Program-made: the position numbers and the translations under genes
Part shown: positions 38,829 through 49,857 of the stretch, piece after piece
How positions within the stretch are numbered: the first letter of the stretch is position 1
Layout of the letters: every line of letters starts with the position of its first letter
Notes under the pieces: generated by a model
What the model saw: the letters and a program-made list of their open reading frames with translations, nothing else
Database searches by the model: none
Told to the model about the DNA's origin: nothing
NCBI GenBank assembly: GCA_963795085.1
Contig: CAWCFX010000006.1
Coordinates: 640,001 to 704,000 of the forward strand
Direction: 5' to 3'
Length of the DNA stretch: 64,000 nucleotides
Origin: an uncultured Gemmatimonadales bacterium
GTDB taxonomy: Bacteria; Gemmatimonadota; Gemmatimonadetes; Gemmatimonadales; GWC2-71-9

Positions 38829-39695
38829 ATGCCCTCCCGTTCTTCCCGGCCCACCTCGGCCGCCGAGTCGCTCGTCGAACGGATCGACGCCGCCGTGGGC
38901 GGCGCCCCCGCGGCCGATACCGTCCCCACTGGTTACCCCTCGATCGACAAGATGCTGGGCGGCGGTTTTCGCCGCGGCGACCTGGTCGTGCTGGCGGGGG
39001 ACGTAGGCAGCGGCAAGAGTTCGCTCGCGCTCGGGATCGCGCTGCGGGCCGCGCGGCGGGGCGCTCCGACGGTGCTCTTCTCGGGGGAGATGAGCGAGGA
39101 ACGGCTGATGGAGCGGGCGCTGGCGGCCGAGGGCAAGACGACCATCGACGAGATCCGGAACGGGAAACTCAGGGACCCGGCCCGCGCCTCGGTCGGCGCG
39201 GCGGCGGTCCGTTTGCGCAACTTGCCGCTCTCCATCCGCGCACTCCGCCAGCAGAATGACCCCGGGCTGGACAGCGCGGTTGGCATGGTGCCGCCGCCCG
39301 CCCTGGTCGTGATCGACCCGGTCCAGCTGGTGCACCCCCCCGGGTCGGGCCCCACTGCGGAGGAAACCCTGGCGCTGGCCGCCGCGTCCCTCAAGTCGCT
39401 GGCGCTGGCCCGGCACACCACCGTGCTGGCCGTGGCCCAGCTTGCCACCAATCCCGGGGGCCGCGAGGACCCCCGGCCCAGGCTGGATGACCTGGGCGGA
39501 CTGGGCGCCATCAAACAGCACGCCGATCTGGTACTCGCATTGTATCGGGAGGAGATGTACCGGCCGGGCGGAGGGATGGAAGGCGCAACCGAACTGATTG
39601 TCGCCAAGAACCGGAATGGACCCACGGGGTTCGTGGATCTCTATTTCTACCAGCGCTGGCTTCGCTTCGAGGACATGCTCGACCCCGAGGCGTAA
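38829..39695 (+). CDS. DnaB-like helicase, C-terminal motor domain only
   Basis: VPTGYPSID, Walker A GDVGSGKS, FSGEMS, QHADLVLALYR and IVAKNRNGPTG. There is no N-terminal DnaB domain (288 aa). Confidence 0.85.
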   Translation: MPSRSSRPTSAAESLVERIDAAVGGAPAADTVPTGYPSIDKMLGGGFRRGDLVVLAGDVGSGKSSLALGIALRAARRGAPTVLFSGEMSEERLMERALAAEGKTTIDEIRNGKLRDPARASVGAAAVRLRNLPLSIRALRQQNDPGLDSAVGMVPPPALVVIDPVQLVHPPGSGPTAEETLALAAASLKSLALARHTTVLAVAQLATNPGGREDPRPRLDDLGGLGAIKQHADLVLALYREEMYRPGGGMEGATELIVAKNRNGPTGFVDLYFYQRWLRFEDMLDPEA

Positions 39696-39705
39696 CCGGG
39701 AATGG

Positions 39706-40119
39706 CTATTGGGGAACCATCGTGTCGGGCCGGAACCGCGCGACTGCGCCGCCGATGCTCAGCAGCGAACCAGGCCCCGCCGTGTCAGGCCGGATGGACA
39801 CCCAGAGGGGGGGGCCCTCACGCTCGGCATACAGGGAGGTCGTGCCATCCCGCATCCTGGTGTCGCTAACCAGGCTCCACACACCACTGGAAAGGATTCT
39901 GCGGTAGTAGGTGACCATCTCTTCCGAAGACAGGCTGCTTCGGAAGGTGAGTTGGAGGGCATCCTCGCTGCCGGCACGGGACAGTACCGTGGCCAGCGGC
40001 GGCAGCGGAACATCAGGCATGGCCTGGGACAACTGCGGCGGTTCCGGCGGCTTGTCCCGGCAACCCGCCAGTGCTGCCCCCACCATGGCTAACGCGCTGA
40101 TATATCTCAGGATACGCAT
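39706..40119 (-). CDS. Hypothetical lipoprotein
   Basis: MRILRYISALAMVGAALAGC, ending in a lipobox. Confidence 0.75.
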   Translation of the reverse strand: MRILRYISALAMVGAALAGCRDKPPEPPQLSQAMPDVPLPPLATVLSRAGSEDALQLTFRSSLSSEEMVTYYRRILSSGVWSLVSDTRMRDGTTSLYAEREGPPLWVSIRPDTAGPGSLLSIGGAVARFRPDTMVPQ

Positions 40120-40261
40120 AGGCGGTGGAGACTAGCGGAGCCGCGCGTTCCGGTCAACCCTTTGCGTTGCCCAACCCTGCCGGAGCGGCTAACTTTGCAC
40201 CCTGATCCCGAGATCATCCGTCCGCCCCACCCACTGACCCACCGGACCCGTTGGAGCAAGC

Positions 40262-41011
40262 ATGGCCGGCCATAGTAAATGGAAGCAGATCAAGCGAAAG
40301 AAGGCGGTAACCGACCAGAAACGGGCCGCATCCTGGACCAAGGTGATCCGGGAAATCACCATCGCCGCCAAGTCGGGCGGCGGCGACCCGGCCGGCAACC
40401 CGCGGCTCCGCCTGGCAATCGATGCCGCCAAGGCGGTCAACATGCCCAACGACAACATCGAGCGGGCGGTCAAGAAGGGCACCGGCGAACTCGAGGGCAG
40501 TTCTTATGAAGAGGTCACCTACGAGGGCTACGGGCCCGGCGGCGCGGCCATCGTGATCGAAGCGTCCACCGACAACGCCAACCGCACGGTGGCCGAGATC
40601 CGGCATGCCTTCAGCCGGAATGGCGGCAACCTGGGCGCCACCAACTCGGTGCTCTGGATGTTCGACAAGAAGGGCCAGATCTACATCGACGCGGAGAAGT
40701 ACGGGGAAGACCGGGCGCTGGAAGCGGCCCTGGAGGCCGGGGCCGAAGATTTCTCCCGGGAAGGCGAGCAATACGTGGTGGCGACCGCCCCTCATTCGCT
40801 CCACGCCGTGCAGGACGCACTCCGAGCCGGCGGCATCGAACCGGAGTCGGCCGAGATCGCGATGGTCCCCAAGAACACGGTCAAGGTCGAAGGCAAGGAC
40901 GCGGAGCGGATCCTCAAGCTGATGGAAGTGCTGGAAGACCTCGACGACGTCGGGAAGGTATTCTCCAATTTCGATATCGACGCTTCGCAGCTCGCGGAAG
41001 CCTCTGCCTGA
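40262..41011 (+). CDS. yebC: YebC/PmpR family protein
   Basis: MAGHSKW, NPRLRLAI, YEGYGPGG and TDNANRT. Confidence 0.97.
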   Translation: MAGHSKWKQIKRKKAVTDQKRAASWTKVIREITIAAKSGGGDPAGNPRLRLAIDAAKAVNMPNDNIERAVKKGTGELEGSSYEEVTYEGYGPGGAAIVIEASTDNANRTVAEIRHAFSRNGGNLGATNSVLWMFDKKGQIYIDAEKYGEDRALEAALEAGAEDFSREGEQYVVATAPHSLHAVQDALRAGGIEPESAEIAMVPKNTVKVEGKDAERILKLMEVLEDLDDVGKVFSNFDIDASQLAEASA

Positions 41012-41026
41012 AGTTTCCTCCCACCC

Positions 41027-41539
41027 ATGAAGGTACTCGGCATCGACCCCGGTACCGCGGTCATCGGCTACGGCGTGGTCGAGGACGGGCCGGTGGTCCC
41101 CCGCCTGGTGGAATGCGGGGTGATCCGCACCGCGGCCGGGGACACCCTGGCCGCCCGGCTGCGCACCATCAGCGAAGGCGTGACTGAGCTGCTCGACCGG
41201 CACCGGCCTGACGTGCTTTCCATCGAGGGAATTTTCTATTCCAGCAGCGTCCGCAACGTGCGCACGACCATTGTCCTGGGCCACGCCCGGGGAGTCATTC
41301 TTCTATCCGGCGAGCTGGCCGGCGTCACTATCGCCGAGTATCCCCCGGCCGTGGTCAAGAAGACGGTGGTGGGCCGGGGCGGCGCGATGAAGGCCCAGGT
41401 GGGGTACATGTGCGCCCAGTTGCTCCGGCTCAAGAGCCCGCCCGCGCCCGCGGACGCCGCCGATGGCGTCGCCCTGGCCCTCACCCACCTGATCCGGACC
41501 CGGGAGCCCCGCCTCACTCCGGCCCGGGCGATCCGATGA
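41027..41539 (+). CDS. ruvC: Holliday junction resolvase
   Basis: LGIDPG, LGHARGV, VKK and DAADGVALA. Confidence 0.96.
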   Translation: MKVLGIDPGTAVIGYGVVEDGPVVPRLVECGVIRTAAGDTLAARLRTISEGVTELLDRHRPDVLSIEGIFYSSSVRNVRTTIVLGHARGVILLSGELAGVTIAEYPPAVVKKTVVGRGGAMKAQVGYMCAQLLRLKSPPAPADAADGVALALTHLIRTREPRLTPARAIR

Positions 41540-42141
41540 TCGCCACCGTCTCCGGGATCCTCATGGACCGGGAACCCGACGCCATCATCATCCAGACTGA
41601 GGGCGGTGTCGGCTACCAGGTGACGGTGCCGCTCGGCGTCTTCGAACGGCTGCCCGCCCCGGGAGAACCGGTTCGGCTGCACACCGAGCTGGTGGTCCGC
41701 GAGGACGGATGGTTTCTCTATGGCTTTGACCGGGCCCTGGACCGCTCCATCTTTCAGCGGCTGTTGTCGGCCAGCGGGTTCGGCCCGCGGCTGGCCCTGG
41801 CGCTTCTCTCGACCCTGGGCGCGGACCGCGCGGTCCGCAGCATCAAGGGAAAGGATATCGCGGCCCTGGCCACGGTAAGCGGCATCGGAAAGAAAAAGGC
41901 CGAGCGGCTGATTCTCGAGCTGCACGACAAGTTCGCCGACATCGACGTCGAACCGGCCCGGGCGGCCAGCCGCCCCGCCGCAGCCGCGGTGCAGGCCCTG
42001 AGCGCGCTGGGGTACTCCCCCACCGCGGCCGAGGAGGCCATCCGCCAGGTGGTCGCCCAGGGGGGCGACGCCGACACCACCCAGTTGGTCCGCCGCGCGC
42101 TGCAGTGGATCGCCCAGCCCCGAGGAGGCAAACCGGCATGA
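41536..42141 (+). CDS. ruvA: Holliday junction branch migration protein
   Basis: GVGYQV, VRED...LYGF and HhH motifs GFGPRLA and GIGKKKAERL. ATG at 41536. Confidence 0.96.
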   Translation: MIATVSGILMDREPDAIIIQTEGGVGYQVTVPLGVFERLPAPGEPVRLHTELVVREDGWFLYGFDRALDRSIFQRLLSASGFGPRLALALLSTLGADRAVRSIKGKDIAALATVSGIGKKKAERLILELHDKFADIDVEPARAASRPAAAAVQALSALGYSPTAAEEAIRQVVAQGGDADTTQLVRRALQWIAQPRGGKPA

Positions 42142-42314
42142 GCATCGTCGCCCGCACCGCGGAGTGGCTCTGCAGCCGCTGTGGTTCCACGAACCGCAAA
42201 CTGGTCCCCGTCGGCGAGGACACGGTCGTGGACCGCTGTGTCTCCTGCCGGACCTCCCACCAGGTCAACCGTTCCGGCCGCCCCGTCCGCTGGGACGCGA
42301 AGCTGGCCGGCTAG
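42138..42314 (+). CDS. Small zinc-ribbon protein (58 aa) between ruvA and ruvB
   Basis: GGAGG RBS and ATGA overlap with ruvA; the stop abuts the ruvB ATG. Contains WLCSRCGSTN...RCVSC. Confidence 0.75.
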   Translation: MSIVARTAEWLCSRCGSTNRKLVPVGEDTVVDRCVSCRTSHQVNRSGRPVRWDAKLAG

Positions 42315-43337
42315 ATGAGCCGGGTCCAGGTCACCACCCCCGACGTCCTGCCCGAGGAAACCAGCGCGGAGGCGGCCCTGCGGCCGTCCCTGCTGGCCGA
42401 GTTCGTCGGCCAGGAACAGGTCAAGGCCTCGCTGCAGATCGCGATTGACGCGGCGCGGGCCCGGGGCGAGACCCTCGACCACCTGCTCTTCTTCGGCCCG
42501 CCGGGGCTCGGCAAGACCACCCTGGCGATGCTGGTGGCCCGGGAAATGGGCGTCCAGCTGCGCACCACGTCCGGGCCGGTGCTGGAGAAACCCGGTGACC
42601 TGGTCGGCCTGCTCACCACGCTCGGCGCCGGCGACATTCTCTTCATCGACGAGATCCACCGGATGCGGCCCCAGCTGGAAGAGTTTCTCTATCCGGCGAT
42701 GGAAGATTTCCGGGTGGACGTGCGGATCGCCGACGGCCCCCGCGCGCAGACGATTCCCATGACCGTCGAGCGGTTCACCCTGATCGGGGCCACCACCCGG
42801 TTCGGGATGCTGACCCCGCCCATGCGGGCCCGGTTCGGGCTGGTGGAGCGGCTCAACTTCTACCCCGCCGAGGACCTGCAGACGATCATCGAACGGAGCG
42901 CCCGGATCCTGGCGCTGCCGATCGAGGAGGAAGGCGCCCGGGAAATCGCGCGGCGGAGCCGGGGCACCCCGCGGGTGGCGAACCGGCTGCTCCGCCGGGT
43001 CCGGGACTATGCCCAGGTCCGGGCCGATGGGATCATCAGCGCCGGGGTGGCGCGGGATGCGCTGGCCCGGCTCAACGTGGATGAGTTCGGGCTCGACGAC
43101 ATGGACGCGCGGATCCTGACCACGATCATCGAGAAGTTCGGCGGCGGACCGGTGGGACTCAACACCGTGGCCATCGCGGTGGGCGAAGATGCGGGCACCC
43201 TGGAGGAAGTGTACGAGCCTTACCTGATCCAGCAGGGCTTCCTGGAGCGGACCCCGCGGGGCCGCTGCGCCACCGCCCAGGCGTACAAGCGGTTTGGGAT
43301 CACACCGCCGCCGGGGCAGCAGACCAGTATTTTTTGA
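42315..43337 (+). CDS. ruvB: Holliday junction branch migration ATPase
   Basis: [26 protein letters not shown] and [12 protein letters not shown]. Confidence 0.98.
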   Translation: MSRVQVTTPDVLPEETSAEAALRPSLLAEFVGQEQVKASLQIAIDAARARGETLDHLLFFGPPGLGKTTLAMLVAREMGVQLRTTSGPVLEKPGDLVGLLTTLGAGDILFIDEIHRMRPQLEEFLYPAMEDFRVDVRIADGPRAQTIPMTVERFTLIGATTRFGMLTPPMRARFGLVERLNFYPAEDLQTIIERSARILALPIEEEGAREIARRSRGTPRVANRLLRRVRDYAQVRADGIISAGVARDALARLNVDEFGLDDMDARILTTIIEKFGGGPVGLNTVAIAVGEDAGTLEEVYEPYLIQQGFLERTPRGRCATAQAYKRFGITPPPGQQTSIF

Positions 43338-43354
43338 GCGATACGGGGGCTCCT

Positions 43355-43403
43355 AAGGGGGCCAGAGGGCATCCAGGCTGCCAAGCTGCCCCCTGACCCC
43401 CTT
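43355..43403. repeat. 17-bp imperfect inverted repeat after ruvB
   Basis: AAGGGGGCCAGAGGGCA ... TGCCCCCTGACCCCCTT. The two mismatches become G-U pairs on the minus strand. Confidence 0.6.
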
Positions 43404-43602
43404 TACCCTCCGACCATCTTCCGTCGAGGCCTCCGCCCCCTATAGAGGGAATATCGAGGAAAAACCGCCGGCAGTGTTAACCCGATTCACCCGCGAACTG
43501 GAATAAAAACGCCAGCCGCCGGACTCCAACCGGACCCCCAGTCCGGCCCCACAGCCCCATTGACCCCTCGGGACCCGCTGATCCTCTGACCTCCTGGCCC
43601 CC

Positions 43603-44628
43603 TTGAACCTCCGAACCTCCGACTTCGACTACCAGCTCCCCCCCGAGCTGATCGCCCAGCGCCCGGCCGAGCGTCGCGATCGGAGCCGGCTGCTGGTGGT
43701 CAATCGCCAGCGCGCCACGCTGGACGACCGCGGGTTCCCCGACTTCCCCGACCTCCTGTCGCCGGGCGACCTCCTGGTCCTCAACACCACCCGGGTTCGT
43801 CACGCTCGTTTCCTCGGCACCCGCCCCTCCGGGGCGCCGGCCGAAGTGCTGCTGCTGCATCCCGGTACCGGAGACACCTGGGTCGCCATGGGCAAACCGG
43901 GAAGCGCGCTCCGCCCCGGCAAGCAGATCACGCTGGCTCCCGGGGTGGCGATCGAGACGGTCGCGGTGTTTGAGGACGGCAACCGCGCGGTTCGCTTCGT
44001 CGGAACCACCGCCGAAGCGGCCATCCGGCGTTTCGGTCGCCTGCCCCTGCCTCCCTATATCGAGCGGGATCCCGACGGGGTGGACGAGTCCCGCTACCAG
44101 ACCGTTTATGCCGACCGGGAAGCCAGTGTCGCCGCCCCGACTGCCGGCCTGCACTTCACCCCCGAGATGCTGGCCGGCATCGAGCAGCGCGGCATCGCGA
44201 TCGGGCGGCTCGAGCTGGAAGTCGGGCCCGGGACCTTCAAGCCGGTCGAGACCGAGGACCCGGCCCGGCATTCGATGCATCCGGAGCGGTTCTCCATCCC
44301 CGAGGCGCTGGTCCCGGCGGTCCGGGACACCAGGGCTCGGGGGAACCGGGTATGGGCGGTGGGCACCACGGTAGTCCGCGCCCTGGAAAGTGCCGCAGCG
44401 GCCGGCCACCTGGTGGGGGGCCCCGGCGAAACCCGCCTGATGATCACCCCCGGCTACCGGTTCCGGGTCGTGGACCGCCTGCTTACGAATTTTCATCTGC
44501 CCCGATCGACCCTCCTCATGCTGGTCTCCGCCTTTGCGGGCCACGAGCTGGCGATGCGCGCGTACCGCCACGCCGTCCTGCAGCGGTACCGGTTCTACAG
44601 TTACGGCGACGCGATGATTATTGAGTAG
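43603..44628 (+). CDS. queA: S-adenosylmethionine:tRNA ribosyltransferase-isomerase
   Basis: FDYQLPPELIAQ, PLPPYI, YQTVYA, AAPTAGLHF, TNFHLP and FYSYGDAM. Confidence 0.97.
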   Translation: MNLRTSDFDYQLPPELIAQRPAERRDRSRLLVVNRQRATLDDRGFPDFPDLLSPGDLLVLNTTRVRHARFLGTRPSGAPAEVLLLHPGTGDTWVAMGKPGSALRPGKQITLAPGVAIETVAVFEDGNRAVRFVGTTAEAAIRRFGRLPLPPYIERDPDGVDESRYQTVYADREASVAAPTAGLHFTPEMLAGIEQRGIAIGRLELEVGPGTFKPVETEDPARHSMHPERFSIPEALVPAVRDTRARGNRVWAVGTTVVRALESAAAAGHLVGGPGETRLMITPGYRFRVVDRLLTNFHLPRSTLLMLVSAFAGHELAMRAYRHAVLQRYRFYSYGDAMIIE

Positions 44629-46153
<1,525 letters not shown>

Positions 46154-46157
<4 letters not shown>

Positions 46158-46687
46158 CGGTGCGGCCGCTGCACCTGCTGGGCTCTCCGGTCCTGCGCCA
46201 GCGCAGCCCCGAGATCGGCGTGGTGGATGACGCAGTGCGGGCCTTTGTGGCGGACCTGTTCGAGACCATGCGGGCCTCCAACGGCGTGGGCCTGGCCGCC
46301 AACCAGGTCGGCGTCGCCCGCCGGGTGGCGGTTGTGGAAACCGAAGACGCCCGGCTGGTGCTCATCGACCCCGTGATCCTGGAGACCGAAGGCCGGGAAT
46401 CGGCGGAAGAGGGGTGCCTTTCGATTCCCGAGGTGTACGCCGAGGTCACCCGTCCCTCCCGGGTAAAGGTGGAAGCGACCGACCTCGAAGGTGCCCGCTA
46501 TACATGGGAAGGCGAGGGCCTCGCCGCCCGGGCGGTCCAGCACGAAATCGACCACCTCGATGGCATCCTGTTCCTCGACCACCTCGGCCCCATCAAGCGC
46601 AAGATGCTGCTGGCCCGGTACAAGAAGGAGCACAAGGACGGCAACTATATCAAGGAGGTCGGCTCGACCGCAGCCGGCTCGCCCTGA
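46154..46687 (+). CDS. def: Peptide deformylase
   Basis: GVGLAANQVG, EGCLSIP and QHEIDHLDG. Confidence 0.97.
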
Positions 46688-47631
46688 TGCGTATCGTGTT
46701 CTTCGGCACCCCGGCGTTCGCCGTGCCCTCCCTGAAGGCCCTCCTGGCCGCCGGCTTCGAGATCGCCGCCGTGGTCACCCAGCCGGATAAATCCCAGAAA
46801 CGATCCCGCTCCACGCTGGTCGCGTCTCCCGTCAAGCTGTTCGCGGCCGACCTCGATATCCCGGTCCTCCAGCCGGTGAAACCGGTGGGCGACGTATTCG
46901 CCCAGACCCTCCGGCGCTACGACCCGGAACTGGGCGTCGTGGTGGCCTACGGCCACATCCTCAAGCCGGAAATTCTGGCGATTCCTCCCCGCGGCATGAT
47001 CAATGTGCATGCCTCGCTGCTTCCCCGCCTGCGCGGCGCGGCGCCGGTCCAATGGGCCATCCTGAACGGCGAACGGGAGACCGGCGTCAGCATCATGCGG
47101 ATGGAGGCGGGACTGGACAGCGGACCGGTATATCACCAGGCCGGCATTCCCATCGGGGCGGAAGAGACCGGAGGTGAACTGACCCAGCGTCTTGCCCAGC
47201 TGGGGGCGGGCGCCCTCATCGCCACGGTGACCGCGATGTCGCGGGCCGCCGGCATCCCGGTTGAGCAGGCGCACCCCCTGGCGACCCACGCCCCCAAGAT
47301 CGAGCGGGACCATGCCCGGCTGGTCTGGCCGGAAAGCGCCGAGCAGTGCGCCCGCCGAATCCGGGCGTTCGACCCTGAGCCGGGAGCCTGGGCCACGTTT
47401 GGCGGCCAGGAAATCAAGTTCTTCGGCGGGAAGGTGCACCAGGCGGTGGAGGGATCCAGCCTGAATGGCACCGAACCCGGCACCGTCCTGCAGGCGGGCG
47501 ACCGGCTTTCCATCAGCACCGGAGATGGTGCCCTGCTGGTCCGGGAAATCCAGCCCAGCGGCAAGCGCCGGATGGCCGTGGCGGACTGGGTGCGGGGCCG
47601 CAGCATCGCGACGGGGACCCGGTTCGAGTGA
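46687..47631 (+). CDS. fmt: Methionyl-tRNA formyltransferase
   Basis: IVFFGTPAFA, VVTQPD and INVHASLLPRLRGAAP. Confidence 0.97.
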   Translation: MRIVFFGTPAFAVPSLKALLAAGFEIAAVVTQPDKSQKRSRSTLVASPVKLFAADLDIPVLQPVKPVGDVFAQTLRRYDPELGVVVAYGHILKPEILAIPPRGMINVHASLLPRLRGAAPVQWAILNGERETGVSIMRMEAGLDSGPVYHQAGIPIGAEETGGELTQRLAQLGAGALIATVTAMSRAAGIPVEQAHPLATHAPKIERDHARLVWPESAEQCARRIRAFDPEPGAWATFGGQEIKFFGGKVHQAVEGSSLNGTEPGTVLQAGDRLSISTGDGALLVREIQPSGKRRMAVADWVRGRSIATGTRFE

Positions 47632-48251
47632 GGCCACTCCCGAGGCTCCATGCGTTGACCGATGCCCGGGTGCTGGCGCGGGAAGACCTCGGCATCGGGG
47701 CGGCCGCCATCGCCGCCGCCGGCCCGGCGGTGGCCCTCCACGTCCGGGAGCCCGGCGCCGGCGGACGGAGCATCGAGGCAATGGTCCGGCGGTTCCTGGC
47801 GCTTGCGGGCCCGCCGGAGGCCGCCATACTGGTGAACGGCCATCCGGAGATCGCCGCCGCCACCGGCGCCCAGGGCGTCCAGCTGGGGTGCGGCGGCCTC
47901 TCCCCAGCCGATGCCCGCCGGGTCATGCCCCGGGGATGGATCGGCTGCTCGGTCCACAGCGAGGCCGAGGCGGAAGCGGCCGCGGCGGCGGGGGCCGACT
48001 TCCTGGTCGCCGGGAGTATTTTTGAAACGGGAAGCCATCCGGGCCGCGCCCCCGTGGGCACCGGCCTGCTGCGCCGATGCGCCGCGCTTGGATTGCCGGT
48101 GATCGCCGTGGGAGGCATCACCGTGGACCGGGTGGAGCAGGTGCGGGAATCAGGTGCCTGGGGCGTCGCATGTATCAGCGCCCTGTGGGACAGTCCGGAT
48201 CCCGCCGGGGCCGCACTGGCGATGCTCGCGGCGTGGAGGAGCGGGACATGA
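47628..48251 (+). CDS. ThiE/TenI-family protein (closer to TenI by motifs)
   Basis: LHALTD, LHVRE, VNGH, GCSVHS and VIAVGGIT. Located in the thi cluster. Confidence 0.8.
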   Translation: MRPLPRLHALTDARVLAREDLGIGAAAIAAAGPAVALHVREPGAGGRSIEAMVRRFLALAGPPEAAILVNGHPEIAAATGAQGVQLGCGGLSPADARRVMPRGWIGCSVHSEAEAEAAAAAGADFLVAGSIFETGSHPGRAPVGTGLLRRCAALGLPVIAVGGITVDRVEQVRESGAWGVACISALWDSPDPAGAALAMLAAWRSGT

Positions 48252-48457
48252 ACGTGATGACGCTTGTCGTCAACGGAGAATCCCGGACGATTCCCGCCCC
48301 CGCATCGGTCGCCGACCTGTTGCACCACCTGGGGCTGGATGCCCGGATGGTCGTCGTGGAGTTGAACCGCGCTATCGTCCGCCGGCCCCAGGCCGGCGCC
48401 GTCCAGCTCAGTGAAGGAGACCGCGTGGAGCTGGTCCATTTCGTGGGAGGGGGATGA
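48248..48457 (+). CDS. thiS: Sulfur carrier protein ThiS
   Basis: VNGE...VVELN...GDRVELVHFVGGG, ending in the C-terminal GG. Confidence 0.95.
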   Translation: MNVMTLVVNGESRTIPAPASVADLLHHLGLDARMVVVELNRAIVRRPQAGAVQLSEGDRVELVHFVGGG

Positions 48458-48458
48458 C

Positions 48459-49001
48459 ATGAAGTACGCGCGAGCCGCAATACTGCTTTGGAGCGTCGCC
48501 GCCTGCAGCAATGACCCGGAACGGCCGATCGCCCCGGTGGATCCCGGAATGACTGCGGAGATCTATGACGCCACCCTGGCCGAAATGAAGCGAATCACGA
48601 CGCCCAGGGCGGGGACCGAAGTACCGGTCAACTGGAGTGAGCGGATGTTCCTCAACCCCATGGTCCTGCTCCCGCCCGCCGATTCCCTGGACCCGCTGGC
48701 CCACGACAGCGCCTGGACGGCGGGAGCGGTCCGGCGCGGGCTGGTGCGGGGGGTCTGCGGCCAGTCCCCGGCCCCGGCCTGCCCCGCCACCGAGCCGATC
48801 GCGTTCGTCTCCCTGAGCCCTCCGTGGACCCTCGGCGGCGACACCGTCTTCGTGCAGGCAGGCTACGCCGGGGAGGCTCCGGGAGAACCAGCCTACGAAG
48901 GCGTGTTCTGGATCTTTACCCTGGCACATGACGAAGAAACCGGCGCCCTCAAGGTGGTACGCAAGAGCGCGCCCAACCGCGTCACGTTCGAAAACCAGTA
49001 G
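48459..49001 (+). CDS. Hypothetical lipoprotein
   Basis: GGAGG RBS and MKYARAAILLWSVAAC lipobox; lies between thiS and thiG. Confidence 0.7.
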   Translation: MKYARAAILLWSVAACSNDPERPIAPVDPGMTAEIYDATLAEMKRITTPRAGTEVPVNWSERMFLNPMVLLPPADSLDPLAHDSAWTAGAVRRGLVRGVCGQSPAPACPATEPIAFVSLSPPWTLGGDTVFVQAGYAGEAPGEPAYEGVFWIFTLAHDEETGALKVVRKSAPNRVTFENQ

Positions 49002-49036
49002 CGCTATCTTTTGAAGCATCGCAGCGTGGAGTCGTC

Positions 49037-49843
49037 ATGAGCACTGTCGTTAGCCCCGCCGGCAGCGAGTTGGATCAGCCCCTGGTCATCGGCGGGCAGT
49101 CGTTTCGCTCCCGGCTCCTGGTGGGGACCGGGAAATACCGGACCAACCAGGAGATGAGCGTCGCCCTCGAGGCCTCCGGCGCCGAGGTCGTCACCGTCGC
49201 GGTCCGCCGGGTGGACCTGGACCGGACCCGGGAGGAAGGACTGCTCTATCACCTGGATACCGAGCGGTATTTCCTGCTGGCCAACACCGCCGGCTGTTAC
49301 TCCGCCGACGAAGCAATTCGCTATGCCCGGCTGGGCCGGGAAGCCGGGTTCAACGATTTCGTCAAGCTCGAGGTGATCGGCGACCGGGAAACCCTGCTTC
49401 CCGACGTGGCGGGACTCCTGGAGTCCGCGGGCGTACTCGCCGGCGAAGGTTTCAAGGTCATGGCCTATACCAACGACGACCTGGTCACCGCGTTACGGCT
49501 GGAGGACGCCGGATGCGTGGCCGTGATGCCCCTCGCCTCCCCGATCGGTTCCGGCCTGGGCCTGCTCAATCCGTACAGCATCCGCACCATCAAGCACCGT
49601 CTCTCGGTCCCGGTCATCGTGGATGCCGGCGTCGGCACCGCCTCGGATGCCTGTGTCACCATGGAGCAGGGCGTGGACGGCATCCTGATGAACACCGCTA
49701 TCGCCGAGGCGGCCGACCCGGCCGCCATGGCGATGGCCATGCGGCTCGCCGTCTCCGCCGGACGCACCGCCTACCTGGCCGGCCGCATGCCCCGCCGCGA
49801 AGTCGCGGTTCCCTCCAGTCCCACCCGGGGCATGCTCAGCTGA
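49037..49843 (+). CDS. thiG: Thiazole synthase
   Basis: SRLLVGTGKY, NTAGC, KLEVIGD, MPLASPIGSGLG and DAGVG. Confidence 0.97.
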   Translation: MSTVVSPAGSELDQPLVIGGQSFRSRLLVGTGKYRTNQEMSVALEASGAEVVTVAVRRVDLDRTREEGLLYHLDTERYFLLANTAGCYSADEAIRYARLGREAGFNDFVKLEVIGDRETLLPDVAGLLESAGVLAGEGFKVMAYTNDDLVTALRLEDAGCVAVMPLASPIGSGLGLLNPYSIRTIKHRLSVPVIVDAGVGTASDACVTMEQGVDGILMNTAIAEAADPAAMAMAMRLAVSAGRTAYLAGRMPRREVAVPSSPTRGMLS

Positions 49844-49857
49844 AGAACACCGCCCCA

